Shown here: positions 46,604-58,269 of the stretch, piece after piece
Layout of the letters: the number at the start of each line of letters is the position of its first letter
Numbering within the stretch: position 1 is the stretch's first letter
Sequence record: MT764206.1
Direction: 5' to 3' (one strand)
DNA from: Escherichia phage JEP6
Length of the DNA stretch: 64,000 bases
The notes under the pieces: model-generated
What the model was told of the DNA's origin: nothing
Seen by the model: the letters and a program-made list of their open reading frames with translations, nothing else
The model's database searches: none
Position numbers and translations under genes: made by a program

Positions 46604-46789
46604 TTATTTCTCCGGATTTAATTCGACGTATAAAATCTTTTTTGAATAATTCAATGGCAGCCTCCCGGCTGCCAGCATCTTTACCGACGTAAAGACTCTA
46701 AATGTACCACGGTGAATATTAACATCAAAGTCGGATTTGTATTTATTCACTACCCGGCATAGACGGCCCGCGCGGTTGTAGGTGTTCAT
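46604..46789 (-). CDS. Hypothetical ORF, possibly the 5' part of a frameshifted gene upstream of nrdA
   Basis: 61-aa ORF; a downstream frame (about 75 codons) reads on to 46464 without its own start. Confidence 0.4.
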   Translation of the reverse strand: MNTYNRAGRLCRVVNKYKSDFDVNIHRGTFRVFTSVKMLAAGRLPLNYSKKILYVELNPEK

Positions 46790-47018
46790 ATTGTTCTTCC
46801 GTTAAAACAGTAATATCATAGTAACAGTCAGAAGAAGTTTTAACTGTGGAAATTTTATTATCAAAATACTCACGAGTCATTTTATGAGTATAATATTTTT
46901 TGCCATAAATGATAATAGGCTGATTTGGTCCTGGAACTTCTAACTCACTTGGATTAGGAAGTGTAAAAAGAACTACACCAGAAGTATCTTTAAATCGTAA
47001 AATCATATATCCTCGCAA
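46743..47018 (-). CDS. Hypothetical protein between td and nrdA
   Basis: 91-aa ORF. Confidence 0.5.
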   Translation of the reverse strand: MRGYMILRFKDTSGVVLFTLPNPSELEVPGPNQPIIIYGKKYYTHKMTREYFDNKISTVKTSSDCYYDITVLTEEQYEHLQPRGPSMPGSE

Positions 47019-47029
47019 TTAAATTAAAA

Positions 47030-47341
47030 TTATACCGCCATCTTTCCTTTAATTGGCGGGTGAGATACATAGTTGTTAAGAACAAAATTATGCGGCTTTG
47101 CGAATTGACTCAACCAAAATACCTGCGATTCTGTGTCCCATTCATCAAATTCATCTGGAAATTTTAATTGCAATTCGCATAAATCCATAGGTTCACGACG
47201 TAAAATTTCTTTACATTGTTCTACGTGATTCATATAGATATGAGTATTACCGCCAGAAAATATCAAATCTCCTGGAATAAGATTACACATCTTAGCTACA
47301 ATATGAACTAATGCAGCATATGATGCAATGTTGAACGGTAG
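47030..47341 (-). CDS. td: Thymidylate synthase, exon 2
   Basis: Begins LPFNIASYA... directly after intron 3' end ...AACATAATG. Confidence 0.93.
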   Translation of the reverse strand, partial: LPFNIASYAALVHIVAKMCNLIPGDLIFSGGNTHIYMNHVEQCKEILRREPMDLCELQLKFPDEFDEWDTESQVFWLSQFAKPHNFVLNNYVSHPPIKGKMAV

Positions 47342-48357
47342 CATTATGTTCAGATAAGGTCGTTAATCTTACCCCGGAATTATATCCAGCTGCATGTCAC
47401 CATGCAGATCAGACTATATCTCCAACTTGTTAAAGCAAGTTGTCTATCGTTTCGAGTCACTTGACCCTACTCCCCAAAGGGATAGTCGTTAGGCATTTAT
47501 GTAGAACCAATTCCATTTATCAGATTTTACACGATAAGTAACTAATCCAGACGAAATTTTAAAATGTCTAGCTGCATCTGCTGCACAATCAAAAATAACC
47601 CCATCACATGAAATCTTTTTAATATTACTAGGCTTTTTACCTTTCATCTTTTCTGATATTTTAGATTTAGTTATGTCTGAATGCTTATGATTAAAGAATG
47701 AATTATTTTCACCTGAACGATTTCTGCATTTACTACAAGTATAAGCAGAAGTTTGTATGCGAACACCGCACTTACAAAACTTATGGGTTTCTGGATTCCA
47801 ACGCCCGTTTTTACTTCCGGGTTTACTGTAAAGAGCTTTCCGACCATCAGGTCCAAGTTTAAGCATCTTAGCTTTAACAGTTTCAGAACGTTTCTTAATA
47901 ATTTCTTCTTTTAATGGATGCGTAGAACATGTATCACCAAACGTTGCGTCAGCAATATTGTATCCATTAATTTTAGAATTAAGCTCTTTAATCCAAAAAT
48001 TTTCTCGTTCAATAATCAAATCTTTCTCATATGGAATTTCTTCCAAAATAGAACATTCAAACACATTACCATGTTTGTTAAAAGACCTCTGAAGCTTTAT
48101 AGAAGAATGGCATCCTTTTTCTAAATCTTTAAAATGCCTCTTCCATCTCTTTTCAAAATCTTTAGCACTTCCTACATATACTTTATTGTTTAAAGTATTT
48201 TTAATCTGATAAATTCCGCTTTTCATAAATACCTCTTTAAATATAGAAGTATTTATTAAAGGGCAGTCCTACAATTTAGCACGGGATTGTCTACTAGAGA
48301 GGTTCCCCGTTTAGATAGATTACAAGTATAAGTCACCTTATACTCAGGCCTCAATTA
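47342..48357 (-). mobile_element. Group I self-splicing intron of td (1016 nt) carrying I-TevI
   Basis: 5' end UAAUUGAGGCCUGAGUAUAAGGUGACUUAUACUUG... after exon-1 ...UUGGGU; length 1016 nt as recalled for the T4 td intron. Confidence 0.93.
47489..48226 (-). CDS. I-TevI: GIY-YIG homing endonuclease I-TevI (intron-encoded)
   Basis: 245 aa; GIYQIKN...KVYVGS GIY-YIG motif. Confidence 0.95.
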   Translation of the reverse strand: MKSGIYQIKNTLNNKVYVGSAKDFEKRWKRHFKDLEKGCHSSIKLQRSFNKHGNVFECSILEEIPYEKDLIIERENFWIKELNSKINGYNIADATFGDTCSTHPLKEEIIKKRSETVKAKMLKLGPDGRKALYSKPGSKNGRWNPETHKFCKCGVRIQTSAYTCSKCRNRSGENNSFFNHKHSDITKSKISEKMKGKKPSNIKKISCDGVIFDCAADAARHFKISSGLVTYRVKSDKWNWFYINA

Positions 48358-49729
<1,372 letters not shown>

Positions 49730-49739
49730 ATTATTTTCC

Positions 49740-49982
49740 TTAAACAGACTTTTTCACAATTTTCCAATCAGCTTTAAACTGCTCGACATCAGAATGGTAA
49801 ATCCAGAATCCTGCGCTTTCTCCATCCTCATAAAGAGGACATCCATCACATTCATCTTCCCATCCCATATCACGTAAAAGATGTTCAGCTTTTTCAACAA
49901 GTTCAGAATCTTTACCGATGATATTAAAATACCATTTACCTCTAACTTCTGAATCTTTGATGCTCTGGCGTTGTAATCTCAT
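49740..49982 (-). CDS. Hypothetical protein
   Basis: 80-aa ORF; early promoter 50008-50040 and GAGGAG RBS. Confidence 0.55.
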   Translation of the reverse strand: MRLQRQSIKDSEVRGKWYFNIIGKDSELVEKAEHLLRDMGWEDECDGCPLYEDGESAGFWIYHSDVEQFKADWKIVKKSV

Positions 49983-50007
49983 TTTATTCTCCTCAGTAGT
50001 TGATAGG

Positions 50008-50040
50008 GTAATAGTATCACACTACTACCCTGCTGTAAAC
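50008..50040 (-). promoter_or_regulatory. Early promoter (GTTTAC -35, TACTAT -10)
   Basis: GTTTAC 50040-50035 (minus), followed by GAGGAG RBS. Confidence 0.6.
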
Positions 50041-50042
50041 AA

Positions 50043-50336
50043 TTATTTTTGAATTTTATCGAGCCACTTACCAAGCTTAATCATTTCTTTAGTAGCCTTT
50101 TCCATACTTCTGAACTTAACTAATAGAGGATAGGTATCGACACCCATAACTAAACTGGTTACAAGACTGTGTTCACCCACAAGCCATAACGAATACGTTT
50201 GAATATCGAGTCCGTAATTTCTGTCTTTATGGACCCGTACACCCATCACTTCAAATTTCTCACTAGCTTTTTCTACCGCATCCAGGAAATCATCTTTAGT
50301 CATATTAGGCCTTAAAAGTTTTTCGCAAAAGTTCAA
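50043..50336 (-). CDS. Hypothetical protein
   Basis: 97-aa ORF. Confidence 0.5.
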   Translation of the reverse strand: MNFCEKLLRPNMTKDDFLDAVEKASEKFEVMGVRVHKDRNYGLDIQTYSLWLVGEHSLVTSLVMGVDTYPLLVKFRSMEKATKEMIKLGKWLDKIQK

Positions 50337-50691
50337 TGATTTCGTCTACATTATTTTCGTCAACAATGCAGTGAATTTTTGTTACGCCAGAAACTATACC
50401 TTCATTAGCGGATTGAGGCTTTTCTAAAGTTACCTCAGTAAAGTATTTGAATTCTTCAGAGTAAATCTCAAAATACGTCTCAAGTGGGCCACCCGCCATG
50501 TATTCAGTACCATCTTCCATAGTTACACGTACCACACATTCACCAGCACAATCATCACTTTCCATTTCATCTACAACAAAACTAGGTCCGTGCTTCTCTA
50601 TTAAATTTAGCATCATTACATTGCAACGGCACTCGTTAGCAAAGTCATTTTTAAATAAAGGGTTAATGATATAAGTTTTTCCAACTTCCAC
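50305..50691 (-). CDS. Hypothetical protein
   Basis: 128-aa ORF. Confidence 0.55.
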   Translation of the reverse strand: MEVGKTYIINPLFKNDFANECRCNVMMLNLIEKHGPSFVVDEMESDDCAGECVVRVTMEDGTEYMAGGPLETYFEIYSEEFKYFTEVTLEKPQSANEGIVSGVTKIHCIVDENNVDEIIELLRKTFKA

Positions 50692-50737
50692 TTTGATTTC
50701 CTCATTTTAACGGGGCTATCAAATAGCCCCTTGATAA

Positions 50738-50965
50738 TTATTGTTCAATCAGTCCCATGTAAAATTCTGCGTCTTCAGAATCCATGCCATCGCAATATTC
50801 ATTAGCCATAAAGAGGGTGAGGTCTTCAAGAGGACCTTTAATAACGATTTGAATACTCCAAAACTTAGAATCTTGCACGCTTGTGATACTAAGTTCAGGA
50901 TAACGATTACGAATAATCTCTTCAATATATTCAAAATCAACGATGTCAATATCAACTTTAGCCAT
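50738..50965 (-). CDS. Hypothetical small acidic protein (start ATG 50965)
   Basis: AAAGAGGA RBS; ORF track start 51028 lies inside the promoter. Confidence 0.5.
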   Translation of the reverse strand: MAKVDIDIVDFEYIEEIIRNRYPELSITSVQDSKFWSIQIVIKGPLEDLTLFMANEYCDGMDSEDAEFYMGLIEQ

Positions 50966-51002
50966 ATTATTTTCCTCTTTAATCATCAGCAGTATTGCCG
51001 AT

Positions 51003-51038
51003 AGTTGTATAGTACCATGGAAGGACAAGGATGTAAAC
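51003..51038 (-). promoter_or_regulatory. Early promoter (GTTTAC -35) downstream of gene 32
   Basis: GTTTAC 51038-51033 (minus). Confidence 0.55.
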
Positions 51039-51060
51039 AGTTTTGTGAAAAAATTTTTGA

Positions 51061-51087
51061 AATAAAAAAGGGGACCTCTAGGGTCCC
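51061..51087 (-). terminator. Gene 32 terminator
   Basis: GGGGACC-TCTAG-GGTCCCC followed by T-run on minus strand. Confidence 0.8.
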
Positions 51088-51110
51088 CAATTAATTAGTA
51101 ATATAATCTA

Positions 51111-52016
51111 TTAAAGGTCATTCAAAAGGTCATCCAGGTCCGTGTCATCAGCACTAGATGAACTGCCAGAGCTTGAGCTCATAAAATCATCTTCAGTTTT
51201 TGTTTTGAAGTCATCAACATTGAATGCATCCAAATCATCAGCAACTTTATCAGCTTTCTTAGCGGCAGTCGCTGCGGCACCACCCATAGCAGCAGTTCCC
51301 ATAACTTGACTGAACTTAGTGCTCAGTTCTTCAAACGATTTGAATTTATCTTTAGAAGTCATTTCAGAAAGGTCAACCATTTGTTCGAACAGTTCTTTCT
51401 GGAAAGATTCATCATCAATGTTTGGAATCGCAGATTGATTCAGGAATTTAGATTCGTCGTAGTTACTAAAACCAGAAACTTGTTTAACTTTCAGTACAAA
51501 GTTAGCACCTTCCCACGGACAAGTTACATCAACCGGAGTTTCACCCATTTCAACATCAACTGCAATCATTGCATTGATTTTATCCCAGATTTTCTTACCG
51601 AAACGGTATTTAAATACTTTACCTTCATTTTCTGGAGCAGCTGGGTCTTTTACTACAAGAATGTTAGCCCAGTAAGAAGTTTTACGTTTAACAAGACCGT
51701 ACTCTTTATTGTCAGTGTTGTACAAATCATTTTTACTGATGTACTGACATACTGGACAAGAATCGTAATCACCGTGGGTAGATGAACATGTTTCAATATA
51801 CCATTTACCATTTTTCTTGAAACCGTGATTTACAAGAATTGCGAATGGTGCTTGTTCATCATTTTTAGACGGAAGAAAACGAATTACTGCTTGACCGTTA
51901 CCCGCATTATCGAGTTTCAGTTTCCACTCGCCTTTATCTTCAGAAGAAAAACCTTTATTGCCATTCAGTTTAGCCATTTGTGCAGCAAGTTCAGCAGTAG
52001 ATTTACGTTTAAACAT
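51111..52016 (-). CDS. 32: Single-stranded DNA-binding protein gp32
   Basis: 301 aa, T4 gp32-like incl. zinc site and acidic C-terminus. Confidence 0.95.
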
Positions 52017-52055
52017 TTTTATTTCCTTTTTAATTTAATTTAATTTAATTAACAG
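52017..52055 (-). promoter_or_regulatory. Gene 32 translational operator (AU-rich (UUAAA)n leader)
   Basis: Leader reads UUAAUUAAAUUAAAUUAAAUUAAAAAGGAAAUAAAAAUG; matches the gp32 autoregulatory site as I recall it. Confidence 0.75.
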
Positions 52056-52125
52056 TTGGTGCTATGACGATGTATGACCTCATAGCTGGTCAGTGAGATA
52101 ATTATAATTTATTTATAATAAGCAA

Positions 52126-52779
52126 TTAATACTTACAAGATTTCACAGTTTCAATAAAAACTTTTTTAGCTTCCTGTGAATCAATATTTAAAATTTTTCT
52201 ATAAGCCTTTAACTTTATAGAATAATTATTCCAGACTAAATTATCAGTCTGTTCATCGTGTTTATCAATTATATTTAAAAATGAATCAAGCAAGATAAAC
52301 GTCTCAAACGAAATTATATTCGATTGAAGTAGTTTAAAAATATAACTCGACTGAACTTTTGGATTATACTCAAAGATTTCTTTAAAAGCAGAAACTTCAA
52401 CTTTTTTACTAAAATAATAAATGTTGCGAATATCTTCTTCAAACTTAAATTTAATTTGCTTTAAGCGTCCGATATATTCACGATAAAACACAAGTGCATC
52501 AGCGTCAGAGATGTCACCAATCCAAGCATCTTGGTTAGCAACAAGATTGCTTATAAAGATTAAAGCAAGTTCCTTTAATTTATATTTTTCTGATAACTTC
52601 TGGAAAAAATACTTATCCCTTCGCTTTTGATAAGCGGCATCAGACACCCGCATGCACCAATTATACTTAATAACATCATACTTTCCATTCATATGTTGTT
52701 TTATCATTAAGTATAATTTATAAACTGATTTACCATCAATGTATCTTTCACCACCAGCAGGCATGCGGAGTTTAATCAT
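52126..52779 (-). CDS. 59: Helicase loader gp59
   Basis: 217 aa. Confidence 0.9.
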   Translation of the reverse strand: MIKLRMPAGGERYIDGKSVYKLYLMIKQHMNGKYDVIKYNWCMRVSDAAYQKRRDKYFFQKLSEKYKLKELALIFISNLVANQDAWIGDISDADALVFYREYIGRLKQIKFKFEEDIRNIYYFSKKVEVSAFKEIFEYNPKVQSSYIFKLLQSNIISFETFILLDSFLNIIDKHDEQTDNLVWNNYSIKLKAYRKILNIDSQEAKKVFIETVKSCKY

Positions 52780-53114
52780 AGTAGAAAATCTAATGTATTA
52801 GTTTTTTCACAACGAACAACAGAAGGACGTAAAAGATTTTCGTCAATAGCTTCTGACTGAATTTTTTCAATTATACCCGAAGGAATAAATTTAGCAAATT
52901 GAGTTTCAGGAATAGAATTTTCTTCCAAGAATGCTGTTGTAGCTTCAAGATAACTCATTCCAAACTCTTCTACCATTTTTTCAATAATAAATCCATTTTC
53001 TTGACGATCAAGAAGCTTTGCTATTTCATCCTTTTCTTTCTTGATTGAAAGTTCTTTTTCTGAAAGACCGGTCTCATCGACCGGACGAATGTCATTTAGA
53101 GAAAACTGTGTCAT
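52776..53114 (-). CDS. 33: Late transcription co-activator gp33
   Basis: 112 aa from ATG 53114. Confidence 0.88.
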   Translation of the reverse strand: MTQFSLNDIRPVDETGLSEKELSIKKEKDEIAKLLDRQENGFIIEKMVEEFGMSYLEATTAFLEENSIPETQFAKFIPSGIIEKIQSEAIDENLLRPSVVRCEKTNTLDFLL

Positions 53115-53361
53115 AAAGTTCAACTACCTCTTCAGTTTCAGCTTCAAACACATCACGATTATCTTTATGATACAAAGCTAATAGACGATTAAACATCTTA
53201 CCATCAACGCCAAGTTCATCTTTGGCACGAATTCGAATATCTTTAATCAGTTCATTATAACCGGAAATTTTCAGTTTATGATCAGATGCTTCTTTAATAA
53301 ATTTAGCCAAGTCTTCGCCATGGATAGCTTCATCAAATTCAACCATTTCTTTTTTAGCCAT
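53092..53361 (-). CDS. dsbA: dsDNA-binding protein DsbA (late transcription enhancer)
   Basis: 89 aa. Confidence 0.85.
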   Translation of the reverse strand: MAKKEMVEFDEAIHGEDLAKFIKEASDHKLKISGYNELIKDIRIRAKDELGVDGKMFNRLLALYHKDNRDVFEAETEEVVELYDTVFSK

Positions 53362-53369
53362 TATTCACC

Positions 53370-54287
53370 TCAAAATTCATTAATGCTATTAGTTAATTTA
53401 GAAAGACCCGCTTTTACAAAATATGAATAAATTTTTCCACGCGGTGGTAATTTATATGAATTATAGTAATTCACAATGTTTGAAGCAATATTATCAGGAA
53501 TATAATCAAAATCAATTAGAACTAAATTTTCTTTATACCGATTATATTCAGATTCTGTGAGAAGCACCTTAGCTTGCTCACGGTCATTAGCAATAGCTTC
53601 AACGATTGAAGTTTTCATTGAAGGAGTTCGTTCACCTTCAACTTTGGTAAACCAAAAGTCAGATCGTACTTTAACTGAAGCAACGTTATCCTTTTTGTCG
53701 CCTTTAAGGATTTTAGTCATACAGTCAATTTCAGCAGAACCGCTTTTAATTTTAACCCATTTCTTGTGCATTGGTGACCATTGCTTAACATTTGGATATT
53801 TGTGAAGTTGGGTAAAGTCACCATCCGACGAAATGATTAAAATCTTATGTCCTTCTAAAGAGAACTTTTTAACAAGAACAGCAATATGGTCATCTGCTTC
53901 ATACTTATCAATATCCATAACAATGTATGGCATATAAGCTTTCAATTCATCTATAACTTTATGACTGGATTCAAAATAACCTTCCCAGTCCCAAGTAGAT
54001 TCTTCTCGTGCTTTTCCGCGGTTTTTCTTATAATAATAAGCGAAATCACGACGCCAATATCCAGATTTTGCGTTATCGATACACAACACAATTTTAGTGT
54101 ATCCAAGAGTTTTCGCTTTTTTGACATTAAACTTAATTGAGTTCAATATCAAATGACGAACCATTGATAAATTAATTTTTTCTTTATCTGGGAAGTTTAC
54201 TAGAGCAGTTGAAAGCGCAATTTGACTAAAGTCAATTAAGCAGATTCCTTCTTTGTAATCTTCATCCAGCATCATTTCTAAATCCAT
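53370..54287 (-). CDS. rnh: RNase H (5'-3' exonuclease)
   Basis: 305 aa from ATG 54287. Confidence 0.93.
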   Translation of the reverse strand: MDLEMMLDEDYKEGICLIDFSQIALSTALVNFPDKEKINLSMVRHLILNSIKFNVKKAKTLGYTKIVLCIDNAKSGYWRRDFAYYYKKNRGKAREESTWDWEGYFESSHKVIDELKAYMPYIVMDIDKYEADDHIAVLVKKFSLEGHKILIISSDGDFTQLHKYPNVKQWSPMHKKWVKIKSGSAEIDCMTKILKGDKKDNVASVKVRSDFWFTKVEGERTPSMKTSIVEAIANDREQAKVLLTESEYNRYKENLVLIDFDYIPDNIASNIVNYYNSYKLPPRGKIYSYFVKAGLSKLTNSINEF

Positions 54288-54316
54288 ATGAACCTCGTTC
54301 AATTAGTGAGATTTCT

Positions 54317-54346
54317 ATTATATACTATCCAAATCTTAAAGTAAAC
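54317..54346 (-). promoter_or_regulatory. Early promoter upstream of rnh (GTTTAC-18nt-TATAAT)
   Basis: Minus strand GTTTAC 54346-54341 and TATAAT 54322-54317. Confidence 0.65.
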
Positions 54347-54349
54347 AAG

Positions 54350-54357
54350 TATAAATA
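54350..54357 (+). promoter_or_regulatory. Late promoter TATAAATA upstream of gene 34
   Basis: Exact consensus. Confidence 0.7.
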
Positions 54358-54391
54358 CTTATTATTGAAAACACAATAGGAGCCCGGGAGA

Positions 54392-57300
54392 ATGGCCGAG
54401 ATTAAAAGAAAGTTCAGAGCAGAAGACGGTCTGGACGCAGGTGGCGATAAAATAATCAACGTAGCTTTAGCTGATCGTACCGTAGGAACTGACGGTGTTA
54501 ACGTTGATTACTTAATTCAAGAAAACACAGTTCAACAATATGATCCAACTCGTGGATATTTAAAAGATTTTGTAATCATTTATGATAACCGCTTTTGGGC
54601 TGCTATAAATGATATTCCAAAACCAGCAGGAGCTTTTAATAGCGTACGTTGGAGAGCATTACGTACTGATGCTAATTGGACAACTGTTTCATCAGGACCT
54701 TATCAATTAAAGTCAGGCGAATCAATTTCAGTTGATACTGCAGCTGGTAATGACATTACATTTACTTTACCATCTTCTCCAATTGATGGAGATACTATCG
54801 TTCTTCAAGATATTGGTGGAAAACCTGGTGTTAACCAAGTTTTAATTGTAGCTCCAGTGCAAAGTATTGTAAACTTTAGAGGTGAACAGGTACGTTCAGT
54901 ACTAATGACTCATCCAAAGTCACAGCTAGTTTTAATTTTTAGTAATCGTCTGTGGCAAATGTATGTCGCTGATTATAGTAGAGAAGCTGTAGTTGTAACG
55001 CCTGCGAGTCTCTATCAGGCGCAATCAAACGATTTTATCGTACGTAGATTTACTTCTGCTGCACCAATTAATGTTAAACTTCCAAGATTTGCTAATCATG
55101 GCGATATTATTAATTTCGTCGATTTAGATAAACTAAATCCGCTTTATCATACAATTGTTACTACATACGATGAAACGACTTCAATACAAGAAGTTGGAAC
55201 TCATTCCATTGAAGGCCGTACAACAATTGACGGTTTCTTGATGTTTGATGATAATGAGAAATTGTGGAGATTGTTTGACGGGGATAGTAAAGCGCGTTTA
55301 CGCATTATAACGACTAATTCTAATATTCGTCCAAATGAAGAAGTTATGGTATTTGGTGCGAATAACGGAACAGCTCAGACAATTGAACTTCAGCTTCCGA
55401 CTGATATTTCTGTTGGTGATACTGTCAAAATTTCCATGAATTACATGAGAAAAGGACAAACAGTTAAAATCAAAGCTGCCGGTGAAGATAAAATTGCTTC
55501 TTCAGTTCAATTGCTGCAATTCCCAAAACGCTCAGAATATCCACCTGAAGCTGAATGGGTGACTGTTCAAGAATTAGTTTTTAACGGCGAAACTAATTAT
55601 GTTCCAGTTTTACAGCTTGCTTATATAGAAGATTCTGATGGAAAATATTGGGTTGTACAGCAAAACGTTCCAACCGTAGAAAGAGTTGATTCTTTAAATG
55701 ATTCTACTAGAGCAAGATTAGGCGTAATTGCTTTAGCTACACAAGCTCAAGCTAATGTCGATTTAGAAAATTCTCCACAAAAAGAATTAGCAATTACTCC
55801 AGAAACGTTAGCTAATCGTACTGCTACAGAAACTCGTAGAGGTATTGCAAGAATAGCAACTACTGCTCAAGTGAATCAGAACACCACATTCTCTTTTGCT
55901 GATGATATTATCATCACTCCTAAAAAGCTGAATGAAAGAACTGCTACAGAAACTCGTAGAGGTGTTGCTGAAATTGCTACACAGCAAGAAACTAACGCAG
56001 GTACTGATGATACTACAATCATCACTCCTAAAAAGCTTCAAGCTCGTCAAGGTTCTGAGTCATTATCTGGTATTGTAACTTTTGTATCTACTGCAGGTGC
56101 TACTCCAGCTTCTAGCCGTGAATTAAATGGTACGAATGTTTATAATAAAAACACTAATAATTTAGTTGTTTCGCCTAAAGCACTGGATCAGTATAAAGCT
56201 ACTCCAACGCAACAAGGTGCAGTAATTTTAGCAGTTGAAAGTGAAGTAATTGCTGGACAAAGCCAAGAAGGATGGGCAAATGCGGTTGTAACGCCAGAAA
56301 CGTTACATAAAAAGACATCAACTGATGCAAGAATTGGTTTAATTGAAATTGCTACGCAAAGTGAAGTTAATACAGGAACTGATTATACTCGCGCAGTCAC
56401 TCCTAAAACTTTAAATGACCGTAGAGCAACTGAAAGTTTAAGTGGTATAGCTGAAATTGCTACGCAAGTTGAATTCGACGCAGGCGTCGACGATACTCGT
56501 ATCTCTACACCATTAAAAATTAAAACTAGATTTAACAGTACTGATCGTACTTCTGTTGTTGCTCTATCTGGATTAGTTGAATCAGGAACTCTCTGGGACC
56601 ATTATACCCTTAATATTCTTGAAGCAAATGAGACACAACGTGGTACACTTCGTGTGGCTACGCAAGTTGAAGCTGCTGCTGGAAAATTAGATAATGTTTT
56701 AATAACTCCTAAAAAGCTTTTAGGTACTAAATCTACTGAAGCACAAGAAGGTGTTATTAAAGTTGCAACTCAGTCTGAAACTGTGACTGGAACATCAGCA
56801 AATACTGCTGTATCTCCGAAAAATTTAAAATGGATCGTGCAGAGCGAACCTACTTGGGCAGCTACTACTGCAGTAAGAGGCTTTGTTAAAACTTCATCTG
56901 GTTCAATTACATTCGTTGGTAATGATACAGTCGGTTCTACCCAAGATTTAGAACTGTATGAGAAAAATAGCTATGCAGTATCACCATATGAATTAAACCG
57001 TGTATTAGCAAATTATTTGCCGTTAAAAGCAAAAGCTGTAGATAGTAATTTACTGGATGGTCTAGATTCATCTCAGTTCATTCGTAGGGATATTGCACAA
57101 ACGGTTAATGGTTCACTAACCTTAACCCAACAAACGAATCTGAGTGCCCCTCTTGTATCATCTAGTACTGGTGAATTTGGTGGTTCATTGGCTGCTAACT
57201 CAACATTTACCATCCGTAATACAGGAGCCCCGACCAGTATCGTTTTCGAAAAAGGTCCTGCATCTGGCGCAAACCCGGCACAGTCAATGAGTATTCGTGT

Positions 57301-58261
57301 ATGGGGTAACCAGTTTAGCGGTGGAAGTAATACAAATCGTTCGACCGTGTTTGAAGTTGGTGATGAAACATCTTATCACTTTTATTCTCAACGCGATAAA
57401 GATGGTAATATAGCATTTAGCATTAATGGTACTGTAATGCCAATAAATGTGAATGCTTTAGGTTCTTTGAATGCGAATGGCGTTGCAACATTCGGTAGTT
57501 CAGTTACTGCTAATGGCGAATTTATCAGTAAATCGTCGAATGCTTTTAGAGCAATAAATGGAAATTACGGATTCTTTATTCGTAACGCTGGTAATGACAC
57601 CTATTTTATGCTCACTGCAGCCGGTGACCAAACTGGTGGATTTAATGCATTACGTCCATTATCAATTAATAATCAGTCCGGTCAAGTAACGATTGGTGAA
57701 AACTTAATCATTGCCAAAGGTGCTACTATAAATTCAGGTGGTTTAACTGTTAACTCTAGAATTCGTTCTCAGGGTACTAAAACATCTGATTTATATACTC
57801 GTGCGCCAACATCTGATACTGTAGGATTCTGGTCAATCGATATTAATGATTCAGCCACTTATAACCAGTTCCCGGGTTATTTTGAAATGGTTGAAAAAAC
57901 TAATGAAGTGACTGGGCTTCCATACTTAGAACGTGGCGAAGAGGTTAAATCTCCTGGTACGTTGACTCAGTTTGGTAACACACTTGATTCGCTTTACCAA
58001 GATTGGATTACTTATCCAACGACCCCAGAAGCACGCACCACTCGCTGGACACGCACATGGCAGAAAACCAAAAACTCTTGGTCAAGTTTTGTTCAGGTAT
58101 TTGATGGGGGTAACCCTCCTCAGCCATCTGATATCGGTGCTTTACCATCTGATAATGCTATAATGGGGAATCTTACTATTCGTGATTTCTTACGAATTGG
58201 TAATGTTCGCATTATTCCTGACCCAGTGAATAAAACGGTTAAATTTGAATGGGTTGAATAA
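54392..58261 (+). CDS. 34: Long tail fibre proximal subunit gp34
   Basis: 1289 aa. Confidence 0.95.
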   Translation: MAEIKRKFRAEDGLDAGGDKIINVALADRTVGTDGVNVDYLIQENTVQQYDPTRGYLKDFVIIYDNRFWAAINDIPKPAGAFNSVRWRALRTDANWTTVSSGPYQLKSGESISVDTAAGNDITFTLPSSPIDGDTIVLQDIGGKPGVNQVLIVAPVQSIVNFRGEQVRSVLMTHPKSQLVLIFSNRLWQMYVADYSREAVVVTPASLYQAQSNDFIVRRFTSAAPINVKLPRFANHGDIINFVDLDKLNPLYHTIVTTYDETTSIQEVGTHSIEGRTTIDGFLMFDDNEKLWRLFDGDSKARLRIITTNSNIRPNEEVMVFGANNGTAQTIELQLPTDISVGDTVKISMNYMRKGQTVKIKAAGEDKIASSVQLLQFPKRSEYPPEAEWVTVQELVFNGETNYVPVLQLAYIEDSDGKYWVVQQNVPTVERVDSLNDSTRARLGVIALATQAQANVDLENSPQKELAITPETLANRTATETRRGIARIATTAQVNQNTTFSFADDIIITPKKLNERTATETRRGVAEIATQQETNAGTDDTTIITPKKLQARQGSESLSGIVTFVSTAGATPASSRELNGTNVYNKNTNNLVVSPKALDQYKATPTQQGAVILAVESEVIAGQSQEGWANAVVTPETLHKKTSTDARIGLIEIATQSEVNTGTDYTRAVTPKTLNDRRATESLSGIAEIATQVEFDAGVDDTRISTPLKIKTRFNSTDRTSVVALSGLVESGTLWDHYTLNILEANETQRGTLRVATQVEAAAGKLDNVLITPKKLLGTKSTEAQEGVIKVATQSETVTGTSANTAVSPKNLKWIVQSEPTWAATTAVRGFVKTSSGSITFVGNDTVGSTQDLELYEKNSYAVSPYELNRVLANYLPLKAKAVDSNLLDGLDSSQFIRRDIAQTVNGSLTLTQQTNLSAPLVSSSTGEFGGSLAANSTFTIRNTGAPTSIVFEKGPASGANPAQSMSIRVWGNQFSGGSNTNRSTVFEVGDETSYHFYSQRDKDGNIAFSINGTVMPINVNALGSLNANGVATFGSSVTANGEFISKSSNAFRAINGNYGFFIRNAGNDTYFMLTAAGDQTGGFNALRPLSINNQSGQVTIGENLIIAKGATINSGGLTVNSRIRSQGTKTSDLYTRAPTSDTVGFWSIDINDSATYNQFPGYFEMVEKTNEVTGLPYLERGEEVKSPGTLTQFGNTLDSLYQDWITYPTTPEARTTRWTRTWQKTKNSWSSFVQVFDGGNPPQPSDIGALPSDNAIMGNLTIRDFLRIGNVRIIPDPVNKTVKFEWVE

Positions 58262-58269
58262 GAGGTATT

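Noticed and set aside
51306-51785. 159-aa plus-strand ORF
   Set aside because: Lies antisense within gene 32; no translation signals
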